From: Candidatus Uhrbacteria bacterium
GTDB lineage: Bacteria > Patescibacteriota > Patescibacteriia > UBA9934
Reading direction: 5' to 3'
Assembly: GCA_943350635.1 (NCBI GenBank)
Contig: CALRAI010000001.1
Coordinates: forward strand, 4,051-68,050
Length of the DNA: 64,000 nt
The notes under the pieces were generated by a model. The model had not been told where the DNA came from, did no database searches, and was given only the letters and a program-made list of their open reading frames with translations. Each line of letters opens with the position of its first letter. Position 1 is the first letter of the stretch. The translations under genes were made by a program, and so were the position numbers. Positions 37,483 to 46,781 of the stretch are shown one piece after another.

Positions 37483-39693
37483 CTAAGGCCTCAAGGGTTT
37501 CTTGCGAAGACGGAAGACGAACTCATAGCTCGCATCCCACACGTCCGCCGGCTTCGCCCAATCGTCGCGGAGCCACGACCCATCGTCATTGCGTCCCACG
37601 TAGAAGACGCCCGGGCTGCCGCCCGAGTCGGAAATTTGCTTCATGCCAACGTACACATATTCGTTCATTGGTTGATTTGTGTACTGCAAACGGAATTGCG
37701 GACCGACCTCTGGCGGACAAAGCTCGAGACCCAGCTCTTCAGCTCGGGCGTAAATTTGATCTGTCGTTGCACCGCTTGGGAAACCCAAATCTTCTACGCG
37801 AAGGCGGATAAGCTTCGCTTCCTCTGGAGATTTGAGTTTCCACTTTTTCCAATCTGGTTGCTTTGGGTCGGGCTCGCGAAGGGAACGCTTGAAGTCATCG
37901 TGTTCCATCATTGATTTGGCGTATCCGTAAATTTGGAATCCGCTACGTTCAAGAAGATTTTCAAGTTCCTGTTCGTCCTTGCCACCGATCTCAATGCTTT
38001 GACGGCGAATGCGGCTCTCAGGGAATTTGGTGTAAACATGCTCTACGCCTTCCGGTAGCTGATCGAAAATGCCAGGCTCAAGCTTGCCGACGTAGGCTTT
38101 AGTCGATTCGTTGATCTGATCAACCGAACGGGCAATTTGGCTTTCATCGCACTCAAAGACGACAAGCATGTCCTCATCAGGATTACGCTCACGGTGCAGT
38201 TCGACAACACGAGGATCCTTGTCGTAGCCGAAACCCTCGATAGGAGCATTGATTTCGTAGAGGAAAAGAAGGTCTTGTTTTGTGAGCGGCTTACCGGCAA
38301 CGGTCTTTTGTTCGACGAGGGTCAAGAGTCTCATGTCGCCGGCTTTCTTCTCGTAAGCCGTGCCATCTGGAAATTCTTTCATCTTTGCTCCGACAACTGG
38401 CGCGATATGCGGATCGAGGTTCTGATCGGGCGCGATACCACGAACCTCGGCAATCTTATCGCCTTCCATACGAATAGCGGCACGGGGAATGCTGCTTGCG
38501 CCGGATTCATCTTGCGAATAGTAAACATAAAAGTCGCCACGGGAGAGCTGGGACTTTGCCACCTCTTCTCCGGCGGTACACCAACCGGTCTTGTGGCGCT
38601 CGATGGATTGGACGAGCAGGGTTGGCTCGGAGCCTTGGGCATACTTCACCCATTGTCCCGTAGTGTTATGCAAGAGCGTTTCGCTGGTCGGGATGAGCTT
38701 GGCAAATTCAAGGGCATAGAGTCTGGCAAAATCCTTGGCATCCAAAGCCGATTGAACTTCCGGTTCGAGATTTCGTTCGTCGACAGGCGTTGCAATTTCA
38801 AACGTTGACGGATCAAACGGAGCCATGTCAAGTTCCGCGATGATTCGTTCGCGGTCAACGGGCGCGGCTGGGTTTTGTTTCTTGGCTTCGGCAATCTTTT
38901 GTCCGATAACAAGCTGGCGTTCCTTGTTGTGCTTTTTTTCTGCTCGTTCCAGCTCCTGCCGTGACGCTGCAAGCTGTTCCTTGTAAATACGATCATGTTC
39001 AACGTGATCGCGAACCTTTCCAAGAACTGCCTGGTCCAATTCGGGGAACGGATTCATGGTCTCTTCGTCCCTGGAGGGAAAGGTTTTGGTGTCCTTATCA
39101 AAACTCGAGAGTCCGGTGACGCTTCTCATTGCCCAGTACCTGAACCAGTCTGGGTAGGCGGCTCCGGCATCATCGGTTGCAAGATAGTCGATCCACTTGT
39201 CCAGTGATCGCTTTTGGTCTTCGATCTTGGCGACGATTTCCTCGGCCATCTGCTTTTGTTCGTTCGGAAGTTCCTGAAGCTCTTCCCCGATGTCTGATCC
39301 TTTGGCGATAGCCTGTACCGCGCGCGTAATCTGATCGTGGACATCATCGGGAATGTCCGTGTCGCCATGTCCTAGGGCACGCGCCTGTTTTTGTTGGTGC
39401 CCCAAATATTCCTCGGTGGCGACGTCAGGTTTCACGATCAGGGCTTCGTGCATGAAGCGCTTCATCATGGAGAGGTTGCGTGCCTTGCGGTCAAAGCTCT
39501 CGTGGCCCTTGATCGGCGGCGGATTGAGCACCACGTCCAGGCGGTCTAGATATGCCTGTATACGTTCCGCTGGGATATTCCGAACACGCTCGCGTGTTCG
39601 AGATTCTTTGCGCGCAACAGCCCTCTCCGCTTCCGGCGATTTCTCAAGCTGGTATTTCTGTCGAAGAAATTCGGGGTTTGATCCTTTTTCCAT
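37483..39693 (-). CDS. DGR target protein (PcfJ-like central domain, C-terminal CLec-like variable domain)
   Basis: VR at the extreme 3' end; TGWCTAG...AIRMEG..IAEVRG. Confidence 0.92.
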   Translation of the reverse strand: MEKGSNPEFLRQKYQLEKSPEAERAVARKESRTRERVRNIPAERIQAYLDRLDVVLNPPPIKGHESFDRKARNLSMMKRFMHEALIVKPDVATEEYLGHQQKQARALGHGDTDIPDDVHDQITRAVQAIAKGSDIGEELQELPNEQKQMAEEIVAKIEDQKRSLDKWIDYLATDDAGAAYPDWFRYWAMRSVTGLSSFDKDTKTFPSRDEETMNPFPELDQAVLGKVRDHVEHDRIYKEQLAASRQELERAEKKHNKERQLVIGQKIAEAKKQNPAAPVDRERIIAELDMAPFDPSTFEIATPVDERNLEPEVQSALDAKDFARLYALEFAKLIPTSETLLHNTTGQWVKYAQGSEPTLLVQSIERHKTGWCTAGEEVAKSQLSRGDFYVYYSQDESGASSIPRAAIRMEGDKIAEVRGIAPDQNLDPHIAPVVGAKMKEFPDGTAYEKKAGDMRLLTLVEQKTVAGKPLTKQDLLFLYEINAPIEGFGYDKDPRVVELHRERNPDEDMLVVFECDESQIARSVDQINESTKAYVGKLEPGIFDQLPEGVEHVYTKFPESRIRRQSIEIGGKDEQELENLLERSGFQIYGYAKSMMEHDDFKRSLREPDPKQPDWKKWKLKSPEEAKLIRLRVEDLGFPSGATTDQIYARAEELGLELCPPEVGPQFRLQYTNQPMNEYVYVGMKQISDSGGSPGVFYVGRNDDGSWLRDDWAKPADVWDASYEFVFRLRKKPLRP
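37501..37632 (-). repeat. DGR variable repeat (VR)
   Basis: 18 mismatches to TR, all at TR adenines. Confidence 0.97.
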
Positions 39694-39833
39694 ATGCGGG
39701 AATGGTAGCAAAAACAGCCCAGAATTGGTAGCGCACGTCCACACCTATTTAGGTGGCCTTGAGTTACTACATCTTTTTTGCCCCATTCAAAACGCCACCC
39801 CAGATGGATGGCGTTTTATCTTGTAATTTCTCC

Positions 39834-40313
39834 CTACTTCGTCACGAGCGTGCAGTCCTTCACGAGCACGTTCCCAAGAAGTCCGTTCACGCGTCCTTGC
39901 ATGGTCACCTTGGTGCCCTCTGCCAATGCGCTTGCTTCCGCGATCGCATCGTCGTCGAGCATGCATTGCACGGAGCCGATAATGTCGCCGGTCTTAAGCG
40001 AGATGTATGGCTTGTCGAGAATGTCTTTGCCGATGTTGTCGACTGTACCGCTCACTTCCACGAGCTTACCCTTGTAGGTATTATCGGCGGAAATTTCGTT
40101 CGCCTTATAGTCGGAATAAAGCTTCGTCGACGTGACGACGATCGCTTCTTCCGCCGGCGCGGTATTGGCCTGATTCGATCCTGACGAACTGGTACCCGAC
40201 GAACCACTACCACCGCCAGATGAGGCGATGACAATGACGACGATAATGGCGAGGAGCCAGAACCACCACTTTTTATAAATCGGACGCTTCACCTTGGTTG
40301 GATTGTCACTCAT
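39834..40313 (-). CDS. Membrane-anchored OB-fold protein (tRNA_anti-like)
   Basis: KRPIYKKWWFW plus TM; Gly/Ser linker; Y.ANEISAD..YKGKLVEVSGTV. Confidence 0.85.
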   Translation of the reverse strand: MSDNPTKVKRPIYKKWWFWLLAIIVVIVIASSGGGSGSSGTSSSGSNQANTAPAEEAIVVTSTKLYSDYKANEISADNTYKGKLVEVSGTVDNIGKDILDKPYISLKTGDIIGSVQCMLDDDAIAEASALAEGTKVTMQGRVNGLLGNVLVKDCTLVTK

Positions 40314-40372
40314 ACGAATATGAATGTTAATAATAAGCGAACTTTCGAGTGATGCTGGGTGAGGCTTTATAG

Positions 40373-40516
40373 CACAAAGCCCGCCGCCAGCATTGTGACT
40401 TTCATCACCGCACCCCTTTCGGAGTACGACCAACCAAGGCTTTGCTGAACGACGGGTTCAGTGCCTTGGTTGGGTTTAGCACCATGCCATGGTCGATGTC
40501 CGATCATGGTTTAGGC
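40373..40516 (-). ncRNA. Candidate structured RNA, copy 2 (family unassigned)
   Basis: Homolog of 15902-16042; promoter TTGAGT-17-TACTAT at 40536-40564. Confidence 0.7.
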
Positions 40517-40627
40517 GACTCTAAGTTGTACGCACATAGTAGCTTATTGCAGAAAACTACTCAAATTGAGTTGCCTACAGTTTGCTTTAGGGATTTTTGA
40601 GGAGATTTGATAGTATTTACAGTAAAT

Positions 40628-41386
40628 ATGTCGTTTCGCTTTGATAACCAACTACCAAAAAAGGATGTTTTATCGACCAGCGCATTCCCCGCACTGGAGA
40701 AGCTTTTGGATAATAAAGTATTCTTCCAAGCGATTGAAAATATTGCTAAGGTCGCCGAGCAAATCAATGAGCCAATGAGAAAGTTGGCCGAAATCACGGA
40801 GAAACTCAACGAACCCATGAGGCACATCACTCGTGCAGTCGAGCAAATGCAAACCTCCTTTGGGTTTGATGAGATGCAAAAGTTGGCATCACGTTTTGCC
40901 GATCTTCATACGAACCTCCTTCCAAATTGGGGCGAGGTCATTCGGGCGTACGACGTCCTCAAGCCACCAGTCACGGATGAAGAGTTGGTTGACCTACCTG
41001 CCGAGTCAGAAATAGTGAAGACGGAGATGGTTCGCGATGCGATCATAGCCGTGGGCGTCGAGGCAACGCTGCGATTGGAAAAGACGCTTCCCAAACGAAA
41101 GTTGCGACTCGGTGTGAATCATCGACTGTATGATCGTCAAAATCTCGAAGTGTACGTCGATCTGTCCGATCCGATGTTTGGCCTTGCGAACACACTGAGA
41201 AAGCGTCTTACTCCAACACCAGTGCTTACGGAGGCGTCAAAGTACAAAAATGACACAACCACTCGACGAGGGATACAGCGATTTAATCAGTTGGGTTATA
41301 CTAAGTTTAATCTCGCAGGCAGTATCGTCGTCGAAGACAAAGACTCTGGCTACCGCTTTGCCAAATTCGTGAACGTCAAACTATAA
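40628..41386 (+). CDS. Hypothetical protein, possible C-terminal winged helix
   Basis: Helical N-terminal repeats; C-terminal ...IVVE...GYRF as in OmpR-type wHTH. Confidence 0.6.
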   Translation: MSFRFDNQLPKKDVLSTSAFPALEKLLDNKVFFQAIENIAKVAEQINEPMRKLAEITEKLNEPMRHITRAVEQMQTSFGFDEMQKLASRFADLHTNLLPNWGEVIRAYDVLKPPVTDEELVDLPAESEIVKTEMVRDAIIAVGVEATLRLEKTLPKRKLRLGVNHRLYDRQNLEVYVDLSDPMFGLANTLRKRLTPTPVLTEASKYKNDTTTRRGIQRFNQLGYTKFNLAGSIVVEDKDSGYRFAKFVNVKL

Positions 41387-41535
41387 ATTTGCCAGTGGAT
41401 AAATAAAATTGCCAGTAGGTAGTCAAAAACAGGGCTAAGAAAAGCCCTGTTTTTGTATGGTTGGGTGTAGCAGGGCGACTATCGGGTGTAGCGGCGTGGG
41501 TGATGCAATATCCCCATAACTCTTCACCAACACCT

Positions 41536-42825
41536 ATGCCAAAAGACATAGAACAAACAGCAAAGATCGCCGTTCAATACGTCCCGATAGATTCACTCAA
41601 AAACACAAAATACAACCCGAGAAAACATGATGCGGCCGCAGCGGAAAAGCTGAAAGACAGCATCCGTCGTTACGGTCTCGTCGACCCTATCCTTGTAAAC
41701 AGCGCGCCGAAACGCAAAGGCGTCATCATCAACAAACATTTTCGTTGGAAGGTCGCCAAGGAACTTGGTATTGAGCAAGTACCCGTCGTGTTCCTCAACA
41801 TTCCAAATCCTGAACGCGAGAAGGAACTTAACCTTCGCCTCAATCGGAACACTGGCGAATGGGACTGGAATTTGCTGAAGGACTTTGATCTCGACCTCCT
41901 TCTTGATGTCGGGTTCGATGACGTCGATCTGAGCCATGTGTGGGATGACTCACTCGAAACCGAGGACGATGACTTCAATATCAAAAAAAAACTGGCCAAG
42001 ATTAAGAAGCCAACGACAAAACCTGGCGACATATTTCAGCTCGGCGTGCATCGGCTTATTTACAGCGACTCCACGGATGCAAATGTCGTGAAGAAGCTTG
42101 TAGGGAAAGTTGGTATCGACATGATTTATTCTGACCCTCCGTACAACATCGCCCTCGACTACTCCAAGGGCGTGAGTACTTCCGGTAAGTACGGCGGAAA
42201 AACGAACGATAAAAAAACCACCGTCGATTACCGCGCATTCCTCAGGTCGGCAATGGAGAATGGCCTCGCCGTTGCCAAGTCGGACGCACACGTCTTCTTT
42301 TGGTGCGACGAAAACTACATTGGCGTCGTGCAAAGTCTTTACCAAGAGGTTGGTGTCGCGAACAAGCGCGTGTGTTTGTGGGTGAAGAATAACTTCAACA
42401 TGACGCCGCAAGTGGCTTTCAACAAAGCCTATGAGCCCTGTGTCTACGGCACACGCGGTAAACCGTACCTTGCGCCGAAGATTCAGAACTTGAACGAGCT
42501 GATGAATAAAGAGATCGGCAACGGCAATCGCGTAGCCGATGACATCTTGGATCTTATGAGTATTTGGTTGGCGAAGCGACTGCCCGCGCAAGAATACGAA
42601 CATCCGACGGAAAAGCCGCCCACCCTGCACGAGAAAGCTCTCCGACGCTGCACGAAACCGGGCGACGCAGTTCTCGACCTGTTCGGCGGCTCGGGTTCGA
42701 CGCTCATCGCTTGCGAGCAGTTAAAACGACGCGCGTTCCTGGTTGAGATTGAACCAATATTCTGTGACTTAATCATTCGTCGATATGAAGCCCTCACCAA
42801 AACAAAAGCCAAGCGCATCAATTAA
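41536..42825 (+). CDS. ParB-like domain fused to N4/N6 DNA methyltransferase
   Basis: YNPRK, YGLVDPI, SDPPYN, HPTEKP, LDLFGGSGSTL. Confidence 0.9.
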   Translation: MPKDIEQTAKIAVQYVPIDSLKNTKYNPRKHDAAAAEKLKDSIRRYGLVDPILVNSAPKRKGVIINKHFRWKVAKELGIEQVPVVFLNIPNPEREKELNLRLNRNTGEWDWNLLKDFDLDLLLDVGFDDVDLSHVWDDSLETEDDDFNIKKKLAKIKKPTTKPGDIFQLGVHRLIYSDSTDANVVKKLVGKVGIDMIYSDPPYNIALDYSKGVSTSGKYGGKTNDKKTTVDYRAFLRSAMENGLAVAKSDAHVFFWCDENYIGVVQSLYQEVGVANKRVCLWVKNNFNMTPQVAFNKAYEPCVYGTRGKPYLAPKIQNLNELMNKEIGNGNRVADDILDLMSIWLAKRLPAQEYEHPTEKPPTLHEKALRRCTKPGDAVLDLFGGSGSTLIACEQLKRRAFLVEIEPIFCDLIIRRYEALTKTKAKRIN

Positions 42826-43393
42826 GTTAGGCGACATTTTTCTCCTCGGTGAGCATCGCCTCATGTGCGGGGACGCGCGCGACGCGGATGCAGTCGTGAA
42901 GTTCGTCGGGAAGGAGCGTGTCGCTGCCATTGTTTCCGACCCTCCATACGGTGTGGCCTATGTTGAGAGCAAAGCGGGGTTCAAGCAGAAGCTCGGTAAA
43001 GAGAAAATTATCGTCAACGATCACGAACAATCCGAGGACGAATATCGCATCTTCACCAAAGACTGGATGCTCGCCATTCGGCCATTGCTCGCGCGACACA
43101 ATAGCCTCTATGTGTTTAACGCCGACAAGATGATCTTCGCCCTACGTGAAGGCATGCGTGACGCAGGCTATGTGTTTACTCAACTCCTCATTTGGGCAAA
43201 GACGCACGCAGTTGTCGGTCGCATGGATTATCTGCCACAGCACGAACTTATTGCCTACGGCTGGTACGGACGGCACCAATTCCAGAAGGCAAAGGACAAA
43301 TCGATCTTGGTTTATCCTAAGCCTTCATCGAGCAAGATGCATCCGACCATGAAGGGAGGCAAGCTGATCGTTGAAAAGACCAAGAAAACCTAA
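42785..43393 (+). pseudogene. Second DNA methyltransferase, truncated
   Basis: HRLMCGD and SDPPYG present; diverges after HPTMK and lacks the FxGSGST SAM-binding motif. Confidence 0.8.
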
Positions 43394-43492
43394 GGGTCGC
43401 CAAACAATCAGCCCAAACGAAAACCCGCACTCAATGAAGAATGCGGGTTTTCTTGGTCACCCCCTGTCCCGGTCTGTAGGAACAGGTCGTGA

Positions 43493-43566
43493 TGGTTCCG
43501 GGACATGGATTCGAACCATGGTTCACGGCTTCAAAGGCCGCTGTCCTGCCGTTAGACGATCCCGGA
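43493..43566 (-). tRNA. tRNA-Gln(TTG)
   Basis: Cloverleaf; loop CTTTGAA; encoded CCA. Confidence 0.95.
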
Positions 43567-43645
43567 GCGGTTACGACGCATTGCTGATCGAGGAGAAGTG
43601 TAGCGCAAAGGACGAAGGGAATCAATAACGGTATACTCTCTGTGC

Positions 43646-44440
43646 ATGAGTAAAGTGTCTGTGATTCAAGGGGATCAGCGACGAAAGGCGGTGTACGAAT
43701 CGCTGTATGGTTTGGGTATGGAGTTTGTGGACCGAATCAAAGCGACGAAATCCATACTTGTGGTGCCGAATATTTCATCGGCGGATAGTGCTTTTGCCAT
43801 ACACGCCGACGCACTTCGGGGAACAATCGATGCCATTCGTGTGCATTCTCGGGCTCCTATCAGTATCGGTGCTGCGGGAATGTATGGAACGAAAGCGGTG
43901 TTTCAACGCTTGGGATACGATCGACTGCTCCGTGAATACGATCATCTCCGATGTGTTGATTTTTACGACGACTCGCTCATCGAAAGTTTTATCGACGACG
44001 GAGCAATGATGATTCGTCGTCCAGCAACGGCGATGTCGAGAAGTTTCGTGATCTCTATAGCGCCGATTATTCCAAGTCGCACAGAATACATTTCTTTTTG
44101 CATCGAAAACTGGATCCGTAACTCATGGATCGTGCCGCCACGCTCGAGTGCCACGGGAATGGTGTGGAATCATGAGCCGTGGCTGGAAGGAAAGCGGGAT
44201 CGAGTTATCGGAGAGTTGTACCATCAGAAGCCATGCGACCTCGCGATTATCGACGGGATCGAGACACGAAGCATTGTTCTTGCGGGATTCGATCCTGTGG
44301 CGGTGGATACGGTTGGCGCTTCGCTTACTGGAATTGATGTTGCATCGGATTCTTACCTTTCTCTGCTTTCCGAACGGGGACACGGAGAATGCGCGTTATC
44401 CAAGATTGATGTTCCCTTGGGGATTGTTTCGCCTCGATAA
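43646..44440 (+). CDS. DUF362-like protein
   Basis: ILVVPN, DLAIIDG, LAGFDPVAVD. Confidence 0.7.
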   Translation: MSKVSVIQGDQRRKAVYESLYGLGMEFVDRIKATKSILVVPNISSADSAFAIHADALRGTIDAIRVHSRAPISIGAAGMYGTKAVFQRLGYDRLLREYDHLRCVDFYDDSLIESFIDDGAMMIRRPATAMSRSFVISIAPIIPSRTEYISFCIENWIRNSWIVPPRSSATGMVWNHEPWLEGKRDRVIGELYHQKPCDLAIIDGIETRSIVLAGFDPVAVDTVGASLTGIDVASDSYLSLLSERGHGECALSKIDVPLGIVSPR

Positions 44441-44470
44441 TCGGGAATCATTCGTGTATCATTTCCCCAT

Positions 44471-44959
44471 ATGCCTACCTGTATTTTTCCTGGTCGATTT
44501 CAGCCGTTTCACGAAGGTCATATGCTCGTGGTGCAGGGGATGATGAAAATTCACGGAAATGCCGTTATTGCCATTTGCGATGGAAAGTCGGAGCACGGAG
44601 CAGATACTCCGTTTACGGTGGCACAGCGTCATGAAATGATCAGTGCCGCGCTTTTGGCCGCAGATATTACCGAAGCAACGATTGTGGACGTGATCGACAA
44701 GCCGTCGGACGAGCAATGGGTGGACGCAGTTATCGATGCTGCAGGGAGTCCTCGTGAGCCTTTAGTGTGGAGTGGTCGTGAGGAGATTCGCGCAATGTTT
44801 GAGGAAAAAAAGATTGAAACAAAAAAGATTGTTCCGGTTCCCGGTATCGACGGTGCCGCAATCCGATCAGCGATCGTCGCCGGAAAAGTAGATGAATGGC
44901 GAAAGAAAATTCCTGCGGGGGCATTAGATGTGGTGATGGAGATTACCCGCCTTTCTTAA
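44471..44959 (+). CDS. Nicotinamide-nucleotide adenylyltransferase-like (NadM type)
   Basis: GRFQPFHEGH; PFT...R.EMI. Confidence 0.8.
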   Translation: MPTCIFPGRFQPFHEGHMLVVQGMMKIHGNAVIAICDGKSEHGADTPFTVAQRHEMISAALLAADITEATIVDVIDKPSDEQWVDAVIDAAGSPREPLVWSGREEIRAMFEEKKIETKKIVPVPGIDGAAIRSAIVAGKVDEWRKKIPAGALDVVMEITRLS

Positions 44960-45686
44960 ATCCATCAATCGCCTTCAGCACTTCCAATGGCACCGCAAAT
45001 ACTACAGTGTTCGACGCATCGGACGAGATGTCATTGATCGAATTCAGCGTGCGAAGATGCAAGGCTCCTGGCGCTGCAGAGAGCGTAGCTGCGGCGCGTG
45101 CAAGATTTTCTGCGGCAGCGACTTCACCTTCAGAGTTAATGATCACGGCACGTCGTTCGCGTTCTGCTTCCGCCTGTTTCGCGATAGTACGCACCATGTC
45201 TGGCGGCAAGTTAATGTCTTTCAATTCTACTGCGGTTACTTCCACGCCCCATCCGCCAGTTGCTGCTTCTACAAGTTGCTCAATGCGGCTTGAGATTTGC
45301 TGACGCTGGGAGAGGAGTTCATCCAAAGTAACTTCACCAACTACATTACGCATGGTCGTTTGCGCAAGTTGGAGTACAGCCCAGTGCACGTGTTCAACTT
45401 CTATAACGGACTTTTGCGCATCAATAATTTTGTAATAAATCACGGCGGTAATTTTTGCGGAAACGTTGTCCTTGGTAATTGCATCCTGTGGGGGAACCTC
45501 AACCGCTTTCAAGCGAAGATCCACTTTGGTCATGGATTGGAACACCGGAAGAACCAAGCGCCATCCTGGATTGATCATGCTGGTGTAGCGGCCCATGGTG
45601 AATTTTACGCCACGTTCAAACTGGTTGATCTGACGGAGGGAAACAAGACACACCACCGCAACCACGAGAAGAAGAAAATAAAACAT
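44943..45686 (-). CDS. SPFH/slipin (stomatin-like) protein
   Basis: ITKDNV, LAQTTMR, QAEAERERRA. Confidence 0.92.
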   Translation of the reverse strand: MFYFLLLVVAVVCLVSLRQINQFERGVKFTMGRYTSMINPGWRLVLPVFQSMTKVDLRLKAVEVPPQDAITKDNVSAKITAVIYYKIIDAQKSVIEVEHVHWAVLQLAQTTMRNVVGEVTLDELLSQRQQISSRIEQLVEAATGGWGVEVTAVELKDINLPPDMVRTIAKQAEAERERRAVIINSEGEVAAAENLARAAATLSAAPGALHLRTLNSINDISSDASNTVVFAVPLEVLKAIDGFKKGG

Positions 45687-45717
45687 ACAGAGGAATAAAG
45701 AATCGATGCATATATCA

Positions 45718-46659
45718 TTACGCCGAAAGGCCTCTATCCGCAAGATGTGACTGGTGGTGTTCTAGGAAAAGCAGCACCTGGAGCATTTCCTTGTGTGGAT
45801 CATTTTTCTGTACGACGGCACGATAAATGGCTTGAAGAAACGGAAATTCTGGCAAGGAAAGATTGGGAATGTTTACAACACACGGCAGTGTATTCATTAC
45901 CTCGCTTCCTCGATGTGGGGGAAGGCCTTGGGCCAAAAGATTTCCCGTCATGTAATTCGTCGAGTTTGTACTTTGTGCCGTTGCGACCAAATCCCCAAGT
46001 CCCGCAGGTCCTAATGCGGTTTCTCGTCGTCCACCTTGCTGTTCAACAATCATCATCATTTCTTCAACGGCTTGAGAAACAAGGGATCCATGAATATTGC
46101 TTCCCATGTGTAATCCGTCGCACATTCCTAAACCAAGCGCGTAGATATTTTTGAGCGCCGCCGAAAGCACCGTTCCAGCAATATCGTCCGTTTAACGAAC
46201 CACAAGCGGTGTATGCCGAAACAGCATGGCAACCGTATTGCGTGCCGTTGTATTCAAGCTCGCAGCAACGCCGGTGGCCGGAAGCCCGTTGAGCAATTCC
46301 TCGGAGATCATTGGTCCGCCAAGAAACACAAAGGGATTGTGTTGAGGAAGGTGCTGAGGAAAGAGTGTGTCCACACGTTGGCACGTTTCCTTCTCAAATC
46401 CCTTGGACACACTGACGATGATCGTTTTCTCCTGAAGGTACGGATGGATTTCTTGCAGAACCGATCGTGTCGTCCACGTAGGAACACATGCAATAAGCAC
46501 ATCGCAGGAGGGAAGAATCGATTGCAGTGGTGATTGATGGGGGAGAATGTCGCTATTCTTATCCCAACACGTTACCGTAAGATTCGGCTGTGGTTTGAGG
46601 ACATGGTGCAATGCCTTGCCCATTTCTCCGTATCCAAGAATAACAACATGTGTGACCAT
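45718..46659 (-). pseudogene. gpsA: NAD(P)H-dependent glycerol-3-phosphate dehydrogenase with internal stop
   Basis: GYGEMG, SKGFE, GGP, ALKNIYA, GLGDLVAT; in-frame TAA at 46192-46194. Confidence 0.85.
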
Positions 46660-46781
46660 AGATACAGTAAGTATACTCGAGCGCCGTACGATAATGAAAA
46701 AAAAGTGAAGGAATCCGTTGAGTGTAGGCATCGACTGATTTATACTGTTGCGGTATCGCAATATTCTTTATTGGACACTCT

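Noticed and set aside
45718-46761. gpsA as two genes or a frameshift
   Set aside because: Both ORFs are in the same frame, separated by one TAA.
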